Positions 29,130 through 40,874 of a DNA stretch of 64,000 bases are shown piece after piece. Position 1 is the stretch's first letter. Each line of letters begins with the position of its first letter. The notes under the pieces are model-generated. The model was not told where the DNA came from. It searched no databases and worked only from the letters and a program-made list of their open reading frames with translations. The position numbers and the translations under genes were made by a program. Location of the stretch: assembly GCA_964455095.1 (NCBI GenBank), contig CAYVUV010000028.1:9012-73011 (forward strand), written 5' to 3'. Source of the stretch: an uncultured Candidatus Binatia bacterium (GTDB taxonomy: Bacteria; Desulfobacterota; Binatia; HRBIN30; CADEER01).

Positions 29130-32100
29130 TCACGGCTCGGCCGTCGCGATCGAGCCGGTCGGCAGCCACAGTTCGATCACGCGCGGCGTCGCCTTGAGCG
29201 AGGTCGGCAGCGGTCGAATCGCCACTTCGACGCCGGGTGCGAACAGCTGGCCGCCTGCCTCGCGCAGAAAGGCCTCAGCGCATGCGCGCGCCGCGGCGTC
29301 GTGCACGAGCAGCGTCGGCTTCCTCCAGCGGGACGGTGGCGCGACGCCGCGGCGCTCGGCGCTGCGCACGACGTTCTCGACGGCGGGAATACGCTTGCGC
29401 AGATCGCTGTCGATCGGCAAGGACTTGAAGCGCTCGATGACCGCCTCTCGCGTTTCCTCATCATAAACTTGCGTATACAGGGTCACGCCGCGGCGCAGGC
29501 ACTCCTGGATGGCGGGCATGGATGGGGCTTGCACGGGGGCAACCTGGGCATCGACAGGCCCCGGGACATCGGCCGGCATTGATGGCACGGGTGATGGGAT
29601 GCTCGACGCGGGCGCGGCCGCGATGACCACGCTGTCCTCCGCCTGCTCCGGGCACGAACGGCGATCCAGCGGACGCGGGTACGTGCTCCGGCACGTCGGA
29701 TGCCAGTAGTCCGGCGGGACATCGGTAGTAATCCACCGGGGGACACCGCACAGCGTGCCACCTGGCGCCGCCGCGGCACCGACCGTGTCGACACCTTCGC
29801 AATACTTCCCGAAGGCGCGCACCACGGCGTCGTAGCGGAACTGCGATTGCCGATCCATGCGCGCGTCCGCGATCCCGAGCAGCTCGGAGGCCTGCGTCTT
29901 GACCGCCAGCGGGACCGCTTCAGGATCGGGTGTCCCCAATGGCGCGGACGCAGCGAGATAGCGTTCGGCATTGACGATCGTCGTCATTTGGCTCTGGCGG
30001 TAGGCGTCGTGCTCTTTGCGCACCTGATCGACGACTTGCCACGTCGCCAGCAGCAGCGTGCTCGCTGCGCCGACGCCGAGGGTGGTCCCGATCGCGGCGG
30101 CGGGCACCGAGCGGCGCCAGAACGGCACGGTGCGCGCGTCCGGCGCCGGCGGGATCGCCAGCGGCTTGCGCAAGCGCGTCAGTTGCGTTGTGTCGTCGGT
30201 CGCGGGCTTGAGCCAGCCGGGCAGACGAGCCAGCCACGACTCGCGCAACTCGTGGCCGAAATCGAAGCCGAGACGCTGGTAGCTCTCCCATTGCGCCTCG
30301 TCGAAAAACTGGTCGCCGGTTGCCTGTTGCGGAAAATCCGGGTTGCGCAACGCGTAGCCGAGCAGGTCGGCGTCGAGTGCCGTGTGCAGATTCGGCTTGA
30401 CGACGAGCAGGGTGCCGATCTTCGCGCCGGCGCCCTCGTCGCAGTAGCGGATGCGCGCGAGCAGCACGCCGCGCTCGGACGTGTTCGACGCCAGGTCCTC
30501 GGGTGACAACACGGTCAGCTCGGCGCCGGAGAGATCGAAGCGCTTGACCGCATCCTCGCGCGTGTAGAACTCGATCTCGGCGCCGAAGTCGATCCGGGCC
30601 TTGCGCACGAGGTTATCGAGATCGCCGAGCTCGAAGCGCGCGTCCGCGCCGCAGTCGGCGAGCACGATGAAATCGAGCCGCCGGCGCAGCAGCGGATACA
30701 CGGCCGTATTCTCAAAATGGCCTCCGTCGGACAGATACCACCACGGCTGCTGGATGCCGCCATAGCGCGCCCGCGCCTCGCTGAGCAGCAGCCGCGGCTT
30801 GGGCAGGTGACGCCAGCACCATGCATCGACGCCTTTCGGCTGACGCGCGCTGCGCTGCGCCATGGGGATCGGTGGCTTGCGCAACCAGTAGCCCAAGCGT
30901 ACGCCCAGCAAGAACAACGTCATCGCCCAGCCGCTCGAGGTGTACGAGCCGGCACCCGGCGCCGCCGCCGCGCCCGAGATCGCAATCCAGCGGCCGAGCG
31001 TACCGAAATCGTCACCCGCGCGGAGCGGGTGAAAGCAGTTGCGCCCCCATTCGAAACCGCGCGCGCTGACCGTCATCATGCAGCCCTTGCGGTCGGCGTT
31101 GTAGAGATCGCTGCTGTCGTCGCGGGTCTGGTTGAGGCAGGTGTTGATCAGGTGGATCGGTCCGCCGTTCGCCTCCGGTCGATGGTTGCCGAGCGCGATA
31201 TCATCGCCCTCGATCACTTCGGTGACGCTGTGCATGTCGCTCAGGGCCGATTCGCCGGTGCGTTCGTCGGGCGGCACCGCCTCGCGCCCCTCGCCGGTAG
31301 CACTCCGCTGCCGGCCCGCCGCGAAGCGCGCGGAATTGCCGACGGAGAGCCAGGCCCGGGTCAGGCGCGCGCGGTAAAAGCTGTGTAGTGAGGATGCATT
31401 GACGGATTCCGCGAGCGACGCGGACAGGAGGAACCAGGCAGTGGTGACGGCGACGATGACCAGCGCACGCAGCGGTTCGCTCCACGCATCGAGCGGCGGC
31501 CACGGCGGTCCGGCGAAGACAAACCACTGGACGAACGACAGCCATGCCAGGAGCAGCAACAAGCCGAGCGCGAAACCAAGCGCATTGAGCAGACGTGAGC
31601 GCCAGTCGAAGCGCGAGGCGGTCGCCGCACTTTCCAGCTTTTGCAGCGGCTCGGCCAGCGCGCGCAACAGCGCCACACCGACCCCGGTCACGCCCAGTCC
31701 GCCGAACAGCCAGCGCGAGAACTCCGACCCGGCCGTGTGCGCCAGGACGATGAAGATCTTCCAACTCAGGAAGTCGAGCACGCCGATGACTGCCAGTGCG
31801 GCCGCCGCGAGTGTGCAGCGCCGGAGCGCGTGCGTGAGCCGGTTGCGCTCGCGCGCGACGCCGAGGGAGGTGCGTGCCGCCCCGCGCATGCGAACCAGCG
31901 TGCTCGCGTAGCGCACGAGGACTCCGCCGAGCACCAGCAGGATGGGCAGCTGCAGGGGGACGCTGGAGACGATCGGCAAGGTGATGCGGCCGAGCAGCAG
32001 CGCAGCGCCCAGTCCGACGAGCAGCACGAACACGATGCCGTCGCGCCAGACGGGGCCGGCACGGCGCGGCGTGGCGCCGGCCGGCGTGTCGGGGACGTCA

Positions 32101-32819
32101 CGTGCGATCCAGTACGACAGCATCGTGCCGGGTGCGGCGGTCAGCCAGACGAGGACCGCAATCGGCCACCATGCCGATCCCCACGCCCCCCAGGTGGTGA
32201 CATCGAACCAACCCCATTCGTTCTGCAGCAGATGCGGCAGCACGACGCCGACGCCGGCCAGCAGGGCGACGAAGGCGAACTCGATGTGCACGGCAATCCA
32301 CGCGCGCAGGTACGTAACCACCGCCATGCCGAGATCGCGCGAGCCGGCCGGTGTGAGATAACGGCCGTTGCGGCGCAGCCACCACATCACCAGCGAATCG
32401 GTACGACCCAGCGCGTTCTGCGCACGCTCGATGCCGATCGATGCGACGAGACGGCCGAGCATCCCGCCCGTGAAGCCGCCGCCGGAAACGGTCGAGAGAT
32501 AGTCGATGCGTTTGAGCAGGCCGTGGCTGGCGAGTCCGCGCACGACGCCGAGAGCGAACGTCGCGCTGCGGATGCCGCCACCCGACAGCGCCAGCCCGAC
32601 CGTCGTCCGCTCGACCGCCCCCGGTTCATCGGGCCAGGCCAGGCGCCGCCGTTTCACTATCGCCTTCTGCTCGTCGGCGAGGAGATCCGCGAACTCCGCG
32701 TCGCGCGGCATGTCCGCCGCGGCCGGCTCCGCGCCGCCGGCTTGCGTTTCATTGTGGCCTCCGCCTGGTTTCCCTGTTGTCAGCATGGTGGTTCTCCCCG
32801 CCGGGTGTAGCGAGCTCAA
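29130..32819 (-). CDS. Patatin-like phospholipase with a large polytopic membrane insertion and long C-terminal extension
   Basis: The oxyanion motif is LALSGGGIRSATFALG, the nucleophile elbow is YLSTVSGGGFTGG, and the catalytic Asp motif is WYLSDGGHFENTAVYPLLRR. About 330 aa of hydrophobic helices are inserted between the Ser and Asp motifs, one more TM lies near aa 900, and a roughly 300-aa C-terminal region has no motif I recognise. The start could be at an internal Met (MLTTGK). Confidence 0.85.
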   Translation of the reverse strand: MSSLHPAGRTTMLTTGKPGGGHNETQAGGAEPAAADMPRDAEFADLLADEQKAIVKRRRLAWPDEPGAVERTTVGLALSGGGIRSATFALGVVRGLASHGLLKRIDYLSTVSGGGFTGGMLGRLVASIGIERAQNALGRTDSLVMWWLRRNGRYLTPAGSRDLGMAVVTYLRAWIAVHIEFAFVALLAGVGVVLPHLLQNEWGWFDVTTWGAWGSAWWPIAVLVWLTAAPGTMLSYWIARDVPDTPAGATPRRAGPVWRDGIVFVLLVGLGAALLLGRITLPIVSSVPLQLPILLVLGGVLVRYASTLVRMRGAARTSLGVARERNRLTHALRRCTLAAAALAVIGVLDFLSWKIFIVLAHTAGSEFSRWLFGGLGVTGVGVALLRALAEPLQKLESAATASRFDWRSRLLNALGFALGLLLLLAWLSFVQWFVFAGPPWPPLDAWSEPLRALVIVAVTTAWFLLSASLAESVNASSLHSFYRARLTRAWLSVGNSARFAAGRQRSATGEGREAVPPDERTGESALSDMHSVTEVIEGDDIALGNHRPEANGGPIHLINTCLNQTRDDSSDLYNADRKGCMMTVSARGFEWGRNCFHPLRAGDDFGTLGRWIAISGAAAAPGAGSYTSSGWAMTLFLLGVRLGYWLRKPPIPMAQRSARQPKGVDAWCWRHLPKPRLLLSEARARYGGIQQPWWYLSDGGHFENTAVYPLLRRRLDFIVLADCGADARFELGDLDNLVRKARIDFGAEIEFYTREDAVKRFDLSGAELTVLSPEDLASNTSERGVLLARIRYCDEGAGAKIGTLLVVKPNLHTALDADLLGYALRNPDFPQQATGDQFFDEAQWESYQRLGFDFGHELRESWLARLPGWLKPATDDTTQLTRLRKPLAIPPAPDARTVPFWRRSVPAAAIGTTLGVGAASTLLLATWQVVDQVRKEHDAYRQSQMTTIVNAERYLAASAPLGTPDPEAVPLAVKTQASELLGIADARMDRQSQFRYDAVVRAFGKYCEGVDTVGAAAAPGGTLCGVPRWITTDVPPDYWHPTCRSTYPRPLDRRSCPEQAEDSVVIAAAPASSIPSPVPSMPADVPGPVDAQVAPVQAPSMPAIQECLRRGVTLYTQVYDEETREAVIERFKSLPIDSDLRKRIPAVENVVRSAERRGVAPPSRWRKPTLLVHDAAARACAEAFLREAGGQLFAPGVEVAIRPLPTSLKATPRVIELWLPTGSIATAEP

Positions 32820-33028
32820 AGGCGCACGCAGTCCTGTGCGCCGGCGCGATAGGTGTAGGTGCCGATGCGCCCGCTCGCTTCTATGGCCCCCAATAGCGAA
32901 TGCGCAGCAGAATCATCGTTGCGTTGCCTCCAACGTCGACGCATCGTCGCTCGACCGACGTAATACGGAGCCAGGGCGCCCCCAAGCTCATTTCACGACT
33001 GTCCCGTATTGCCGCGGCATCGGCTCGA

Positions 33029-33069
33029 CCGTCAATTGGGACTTCCCCTAGGCCGAGCCGGGATCTCCC
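33029..33069. promoter_or_regulatory. Shared operator-like motif, copy 2 (CCGTCAATTGGGACTTCCCCT...GGGATCTCCC)
   Basis: Half-sites GGGACTTCCC (33038-33047) and GGGATCTCCC (33060-33069) are spaced 22 bp start to start. They sit in the divergent patatin/alpha-beta-hydrolase promoter. This copy matches copy 1 at 20 of 21 positions of the leading 21-mer. Confidence 0.6.
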
Positions 33070-33150
33070 GGGCGCGGCGATGGACCCAACGTTGACGTAT
33101 CCAACATTGGCGTATACAAACGATTACAATGTGACCGAGAGGGCTCTCGA

Positions 33151-34350
33151 ATGGTAACGACAGCCAGCGATTCGAAGGATGGCGCCGCCGTGGTGGCTCG
33201 CGGGACGGCGCGGCTCGTATTCGAGGCCGTGGAGCAGGCGACCCGCATCGTCGAGGGGATGCACGCCAACATCGCCGCCGTTCCGGTGCCCTTCGGCGGA
33301 CGTCCGCGCGACCGGGCGCGGGGCCTCTCCGGTCTCATCTACGGGGGCATCCGCTGGGTGACCGGCGCGGCCGGCGCGGCCGTGGACCTGCCGCTGGGTT
33401 TGCTCAGCGGCCCCACCCAGCCGCAGCCGCACGGCGGGGGCCTGCAAAGCGCGCTCAACGGGGTGATCGGCGATCACCTGCACGCCACTGAGAACCCGCT
33501 CGCCATCCCGATGCAGTTCCGCGCCGACGGTCAGGTGCTTCCGCTCGAGCGCGGCGCGCTGGCGGACGCGGTGCCTGCAGTCAGCGGCAAGCTCGTGGTG
33601 CTCGCGCACGGCCTGTGCATGAGCGCCGGCCAGTGGGCGCGCAACGGCCACGACCACGGCGCCGAGCTGGCCCGCGAGACCGGTTGCACGCCGGTCTATC
33701 TCCAGTACAACAGCGGCCGCCACGTCTCCGAGAACGGCCGACTCCTCGCGGCGCTCCTCGAGCAGCTGATCGCGTCGTGGCCGCGACCGGTCGAAGAGCT
33801 TTCCATCCTCGGCCACAGCATGGGTGGGCTCATCGCACGCAGTGCCCATCACTACGCGGTGGCCGACGGCCTGACCTGGCCGCGCCATCTGCGCCGGATC
33901 GTCTTCCTCGGCACCCCGCACCATGGCGCCCCGCTCGAGCGCGCCGGCCACCGATTCCAAAGCGCCGTCCAGCTCAGCCCGTATCTCGCCTCTCTGGCGC
34001 GGCTGGGAATGCTGCGCAGCGCGGGCATCACCGATCTGCGCCACGGCAACCTCGTCGACGAAGACTGGAACGGCGCCGACCGCTTCGAGATAGCGGAGGA
34101 TCGCCGCCGCCACGTTCCATTGCCAGCCGATGTCGATTGCTACGCCGTCGCGGCGAGGCTCTCGGATCGGTTCGGCAGCCTGGGCGATGGCCTGGTGCCG
34201 GTGGCGAGCGCGCTGGGCGAGCACGGCGATCCGGCGCGCGCGCTCTCCTTCTCCGAGTCGCGTCGCTGGATCGGATCGGGTCTCGGGCATCTCGATCTGC
34301 TCGATCGGCCGGAGGTGTACGCAGCCATCCGGCGCTGGTTCACGACCTGA
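33151..34350 (+). CDS. Alpha/beta hydrolase (lipase/esterase-like, GHSMGG nucleophile elbow)
   Basis: VVLAHGLCMS...ILGHSMGGLIARSA...FLGTPHHGAPLE...GDGLVP follows the lipase/PGAP1-like pattern. The antisense 388-aa ORF was rejected on composition. Confidence 0.8.
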   Translation: MVTTASDSKDGAAVVARGTARLVFEAVEQATRIVEGMHANIAAVPVPFGGRPRDRARGLSGLIYGGIRWVTGAAGAAVDLPLGLLSGPTQPQPHGGGLQSALNGVIGDHLHATENPLAIPMQFRADGQVLPLERGALADAVPAVSGKLVVLAHGLCMSAGQWARNGHDHGAELARETGCTPVYLQYNSGRHVSENGRLLAALLEQLIASWPRPVEELSILGHSMGGLIARSAHHYAVADGLTWPRHLRRIVFLGTPHHGAPLERAGHRFQSAVQLSPYLASLARLGMLRSAGITDLRHGNLVDEDWNGADRFEIAEDRRRHVPLPADVDCYAVAARLSDRFGSLGDGLVPVASALGEHGDPARALSFSESRRWIGSGLGHLDLLDRPEVYAAIRRWFTT

Positions 34351-34506
34351 GCCCGATGCCGGCGCCTGGCGCGCCGTTTAGCGCTGGGGAGATTCCGCAG
34401 TCGCGCCATCGATTGCTTTCCGCCGCGGCCTCCAGCAAAGAGGCGACGTGGCGCCGCGTATATCGGGTGTGGTCGACGAGACGGTGGCACACGGAGGGAG
34501 CTGAGC

Positions 34507-35517
34507 GTGGCCAGAGCGGGCAGGCGATCGGCCCTCGGCAACGCGTTCATCGGCTTCGTCAGCCTGCTGACGGTCGGCGTCGTGGGCTACATGACCATCG
34601 AGGGGGCAAGCTTCCTCGATGCCCTGTTCATGACGGTCACGACCGTCTCGACCGTCGGCTATCGCGAGGTGGTGCCGCTCAGCACCACCGGGCGGGTGTT
34701 CACCATGGGTCTCATCCTGGGCGGCCTCGGCGTGGTTTTCTACGGCGCCTCTTTGGTCGCCGGCGATGTGATCGAAGGGCGGCTCCAAGGAGTCTTGGGG
34801 AGGCGTAAGGTGCAGCGACAAATCGACCAGCTCGCCGGGCATTACATCGTCTGCGGTTTCGGGCGCATGGGGCGCATCGTCTGCAAGGAGCTGGCGGAGC
34901 GGCCGGTCCCCTTCGTCGTGATCGAGAGCGCGCCCGAGGCGCTCCGCGGTCTCCAGGAGGAGCAATTCCTCTATGTGGAAGGCGACGCGACCGAGGACGA
35001 CGTGCTCGTCGCCGCCGGCATCAGCCGGGCGCGCGGGCTGGTGAGCGCGCTGTCGAAGGACTCGGACAACGTCTACGCCGTGCTCACCGCCCGCGAGCTC
35101 AACCGCGAGCTGCTCATCGTCGCGCGCGCCGAGGACGCGCGCAGCGAAACCAAGCTGCTGCACGCCGGGGCGACGCGGGTGGTGTCGCCGTACGTCATCG
35201 GCGCCTCGCGCATGGCGGGCGCGCTGCTGCGGCCGGCAGTGCTCGACGTCATCGACCTGGCGACGCACTACCGCACCATGGAGCTGAAGATCGAGGAGCT
35301 GGCCGTCGCCTCCGGCGGGCCGGGCGCCGGCGAGACCCTGCGCAGCTCGGGTCTGTGCGAGCAGACCAGCTTCATCGTCATCGCCATCAAGAAGGCGAGC
35401 GGCGAGATGCTCTTCAACCCGTCACCGGAGACGCGCATCGACGCCGGCGATCGCCTGGTGGTGATGGGACAGACCGCGAGCCTGACGGCGCTCGAAGATC
35501 GGCTGCGCACCGCCTAG
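34507..35517 (+). CDS. RCK/TrkA-domain potassium-channel-like protein (MthK-type, two TM plus pore) with non-canonical filter
   Basis: The GTG start is preceded by GGAGGGA. TM1 is FIGFVSLLTVGVVGY and the pore is FMTVTTVSTVGYREV (canonical is TVGYGD). The Rossmann motif is YIVCGFGRMGRIV, followed by a TrkA-C-like C-terminus. Confidence 0.8.
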   Translation: MARAGRRSALGNAFIGFVSLLTVGVVGYMTIEGASFLDALFMTVTTVSTVGYREVVPLSTTGRVFTMGLILGGLGVVFYGASLVAGDVIEGRLQGVLGRRKVQRQIDQLAGHYIVCGFGRMGRIVCKELAERPVPFVVIESAPEALRGLQEEQFLYVEGDATEDDVLVAAGISRARGLVSALSKDSDNVYAVLTARELNRELLIVARAEDARSETKLLHAGATRVVSPYVIGASRMAGALLRPAVLDVIDLATHYRTMELKIEELAVASGGPGAGETLRSSGLCEQTSFIVIAIKKASGEMLFNPSPETRIDAGDRLVVMGQTASLTALEDRLRTA

Positions 35518-35555
35518 TGCTGCGTCTCTCAGCTTTCTAGCGAGGTATCCTCCAA

Positions 35556-35718
35556 GGGTTCCTTCTCCCGGATTGGGAGAAGGACAGGATAAGGGGGATA
35601 CAATTGATCGGCGAAGCCACCATGGCCTTGCAGCTCGTTCAAGACCGTCGGCTTCATTGGTGGCCTTCGGCGCAGGCTAATCCCCCTCACCTTAATCCTC
35701 TCCCATCCGGGAGAGGAG
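35556..35718. repeat. MITE/REP-like element, copy A (about 163 bp, terminal inverted repeats each carrying a CTCCC-loop-GGGAG hairpin)
   Basis: The left end is GGGTTCCTTCTCCCGGATTGGGAGAAGGACAGGATAAGGGGGAT. The right end is AATCCCCCTCACCTTAATCCTCTCCCATCCGGGAGAGGA, approximately its reverse complement. The internal core GATCGGCGAAGCCA...GTGGCCTTCGGCGCA is shared with copies B and C. It lies between convergent genes. Confidence 0.8.
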
Positions 35719-35769
35719 ACCAGCGGCAGATACGTTGCTCAACAGGGGAACCGTGCGGAGGTGGTCGAG

Positions 35770-37281
35770 CTACGAGGACCGCGCGCGCGCCTTGGCGCGC
35801 GGCCGACGCGCCTGCGCATGCGGCCGCGGCCGCTTCGCGCGCGGCGGGGCTCCGATCGGGATCGGCGCGGCGGCTACGGCGCGGAACAGATCGGCGAGCT
35901 CGCGCTCCACGTACCCGACCAGGTCGTGCAGGTCGGGCACGGCATCCCAGTCGGCGTTGAAGCCCCAGAACAATCCGCCGTCGTAGCTGAACAGCGCGAT
36001 CCCGAGCGCCTGGTTGTGGTTGAGCGGGACGAGCGGATAGACGGCCTGCATCTTCGAGCCGAGGAGATAGGTCGGAAACGGCGGGCCCGGCACGTTGGTG
36101 ACGACGATGTTGTACGGCCGCGTCGCCGACGACAGGCGGACGAACGAGCTGAACAGGCTGCGCGACGTCCAATCGCTGACCTGTTCGAGCGTGCGCACGC
36201 CCTGCGCTTGTCGCGAGTGCTTGAGCTCGCGCACGCCCTCGCTCACCAGCTGCAAGCGCCGGCGCGGATCCCGCTCGGCCAGGGGCAGGCGGGCCACCAT
36301 CATGGCGATCTGGTTGCCGAGGCTTTCGCGCTGCTCCTCGGTGCGCAGGTTGACCGGGATCATGGCGCGGAAGTCGAGGTCCGCCAGTAGCAGCCCGCGC
36401 CCGTGGAGGAAGCGTCCGAGCGCGCCGGCCACGGCGCTCAACACCACATCGTTGACCGTTCCGCCGAGGCGCTGCTTGACGGTCTTCACGGCCGCCAGGT
36501 CGGTGGCCAGCCAGTCGAACCGGCGGTGCGGTCCGATATCGACGTTGAGCGGCGTCGCCGAGGCGGGTTGCAGTCCGGCGCCGATGGCCTCTCCGACGCC
36601 GGCCACCGCCTCGCGCACCGCTTCGACCGCCCGCAGCGGATGCCGCGCCGCTTCGCGCAGCGCGCGCACCGCCTCGAACGGCTCGGCGGCGCGGCGCATC
36701 AGCTCGCCGCCCATCAGCTGCAGCGGGCTCGGCACCGGCCGCGGCATCCACTTCGGCGGATCGACGAGCTGGGCCGTGAGCTCGGGCGTCGCGCGCATCA
36801 GCGCGCCGGTGAGCTCGACGCTGCCCACCCCGTCGATCATGCAGTGATGCGCCTTGGTGATCAGCGCGACGCGATTGCCCTCGACGCCGTCGACCACCCA
36901 TAGCTCCCAGAGCGGTTTGCCGCGGTCGAGCTGCTGCGAGACGATGCGCCCGACCAGCCGTTTGAGCGAGCGCTCGTCACCGGGCTTGGGCAGCTGCACG
37001 TGGCGCACGTGGTAGTGCAGGTTGAAGCGGTGATCGTCGACCCATACCGGTGCCCCGAACAGCGGCACCCACGCCAGCCGCTGCTGGTAGCGCGGCACGC
37101 GGCGGATGGCGACCGCGATCAGACGCCGGATGCGCTCGATGTCGGTATGGCCCTCGGGCGTCGAGAGCGGCCCGGCGTCGAACAACCCAATGCCGGCCAC
37201 GTGCATGTGGGCGTTGGCGTCCTCGACCTCCAGAAAGGTGGCGTCCAGAGCGCTCAGGCGCTCACAGTGCGAGTAGTCCAT
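35770..37281 (-). CDS. Wax ester synthase / diacylglycerol acyltransferase (WS/DGAT) family
   Basis: It has the HHCMIDGVGS active-site motif (HHxxxDG). The N-terminus LSALDATFLEVEDANAHMHVAG is typical of WS/DGAT. Confidence 0.9.
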   Translation of the reverse strand: MDYSHCERLSALDATFLEVEDANAHMHVAGIGLFDAGPLSTPEGHTDIERIRRLIAVAIRRVPRYQQRLAWVPLFGAPVWVDDHRFNLHYHVRHVQLPKPGDERSLKRLVGRIVSQQLDRGKPLWELWVVDGVEGNRVALITKAHHCMIDGVGSVELTGALMRATPELTAQLVDPPKWMPRPVPSPLQLMGGELMRRAAEPFEAVRALREAARHPLRAVEAVREAVAGVGEAIGAGLQPASATPLNVDIGPHRRFDWLATDLAAVKTVKQRLGGTVNDVVLSAVAGALGRFLHGRGLLLADLDFRAMIPVNLRTEEQRESLGNQIAMMVARLPLAERDPRRRLQLVSEGVRELKHSRQAQGVRTLEQVSDWTSRSLFSSFVRLSSATRPYNIVVTNVPGPPFPTYLLGSKMQAVYPLVPLNHNQALGIALFSYDGGLFWGFNADWDAVPDLHDLVGYVERELADLFRAVAAAPIPIGAPPRAKRPRPHAQARRPRAKARARSS

Positions 37282-37413
37282 GCGTCTTCCCCCCCGCGTC
37301 GGCGCGAGCCTGGCGCCGATGCAATGCTTTATCGGCTGTTACCAGAGCAACACAGGTGCCGCGCTTCGGAGGTCCACCGGGCGCGCCTGGTCAACGCTAT
37401 GCCGCGCGTGTCC

Positions 37414-37429
37414 TTCCCAGCGCTGGGAA
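37414..37429. promoter_or_regulatory. Perfect 16-bp palindrome TTCCCAGCGCTGGGAA in a divergent promoter region
   Basis: The sequence is exactly self-complementary. It lies about 100 nt upstream of the ATG at 37530 and about 130 nt upstream of the WS/DGAT start. Confidence 0.4.
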
Positions 37430-37529
37430 GCGGCCCCGGCCTGGGAGCCCGACGCGGTTCAAGTCGGCTCGCGAGTCTCCTTCCGAAATACGGCGGCTGC
37501 GTGGTAGGTGACTGAAGGGGGGCCGTCCG

Positions 37530-40865
<3,336 letters not shown>

Positions 40866-40874
40866 GGGGCGCGG

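Noticed and set aside
29130-34350. Patatin, HD and alpha/beta-hydrolase proteins as injected eCIS cargo (EAT-type toxins).
   Set aside because: The patatin protein is polytopic-membrane and too large to be a lumen-loaded cargo. None of the three carries a DUF4157-like N-terminal marker, and they are separated from the locus by a regulator and transcribed divergently. A regulatory or lysis link is kept only as a hypothesis.
37300-37330. TGGCGCCGATGCAATGC upstream of the beta-propeller/haem gene as a sigma-54 promoter.
   Set aside because: GG-N10-GC spacing is not satisfied; the GC dinucleotides fall at +8 and +13.
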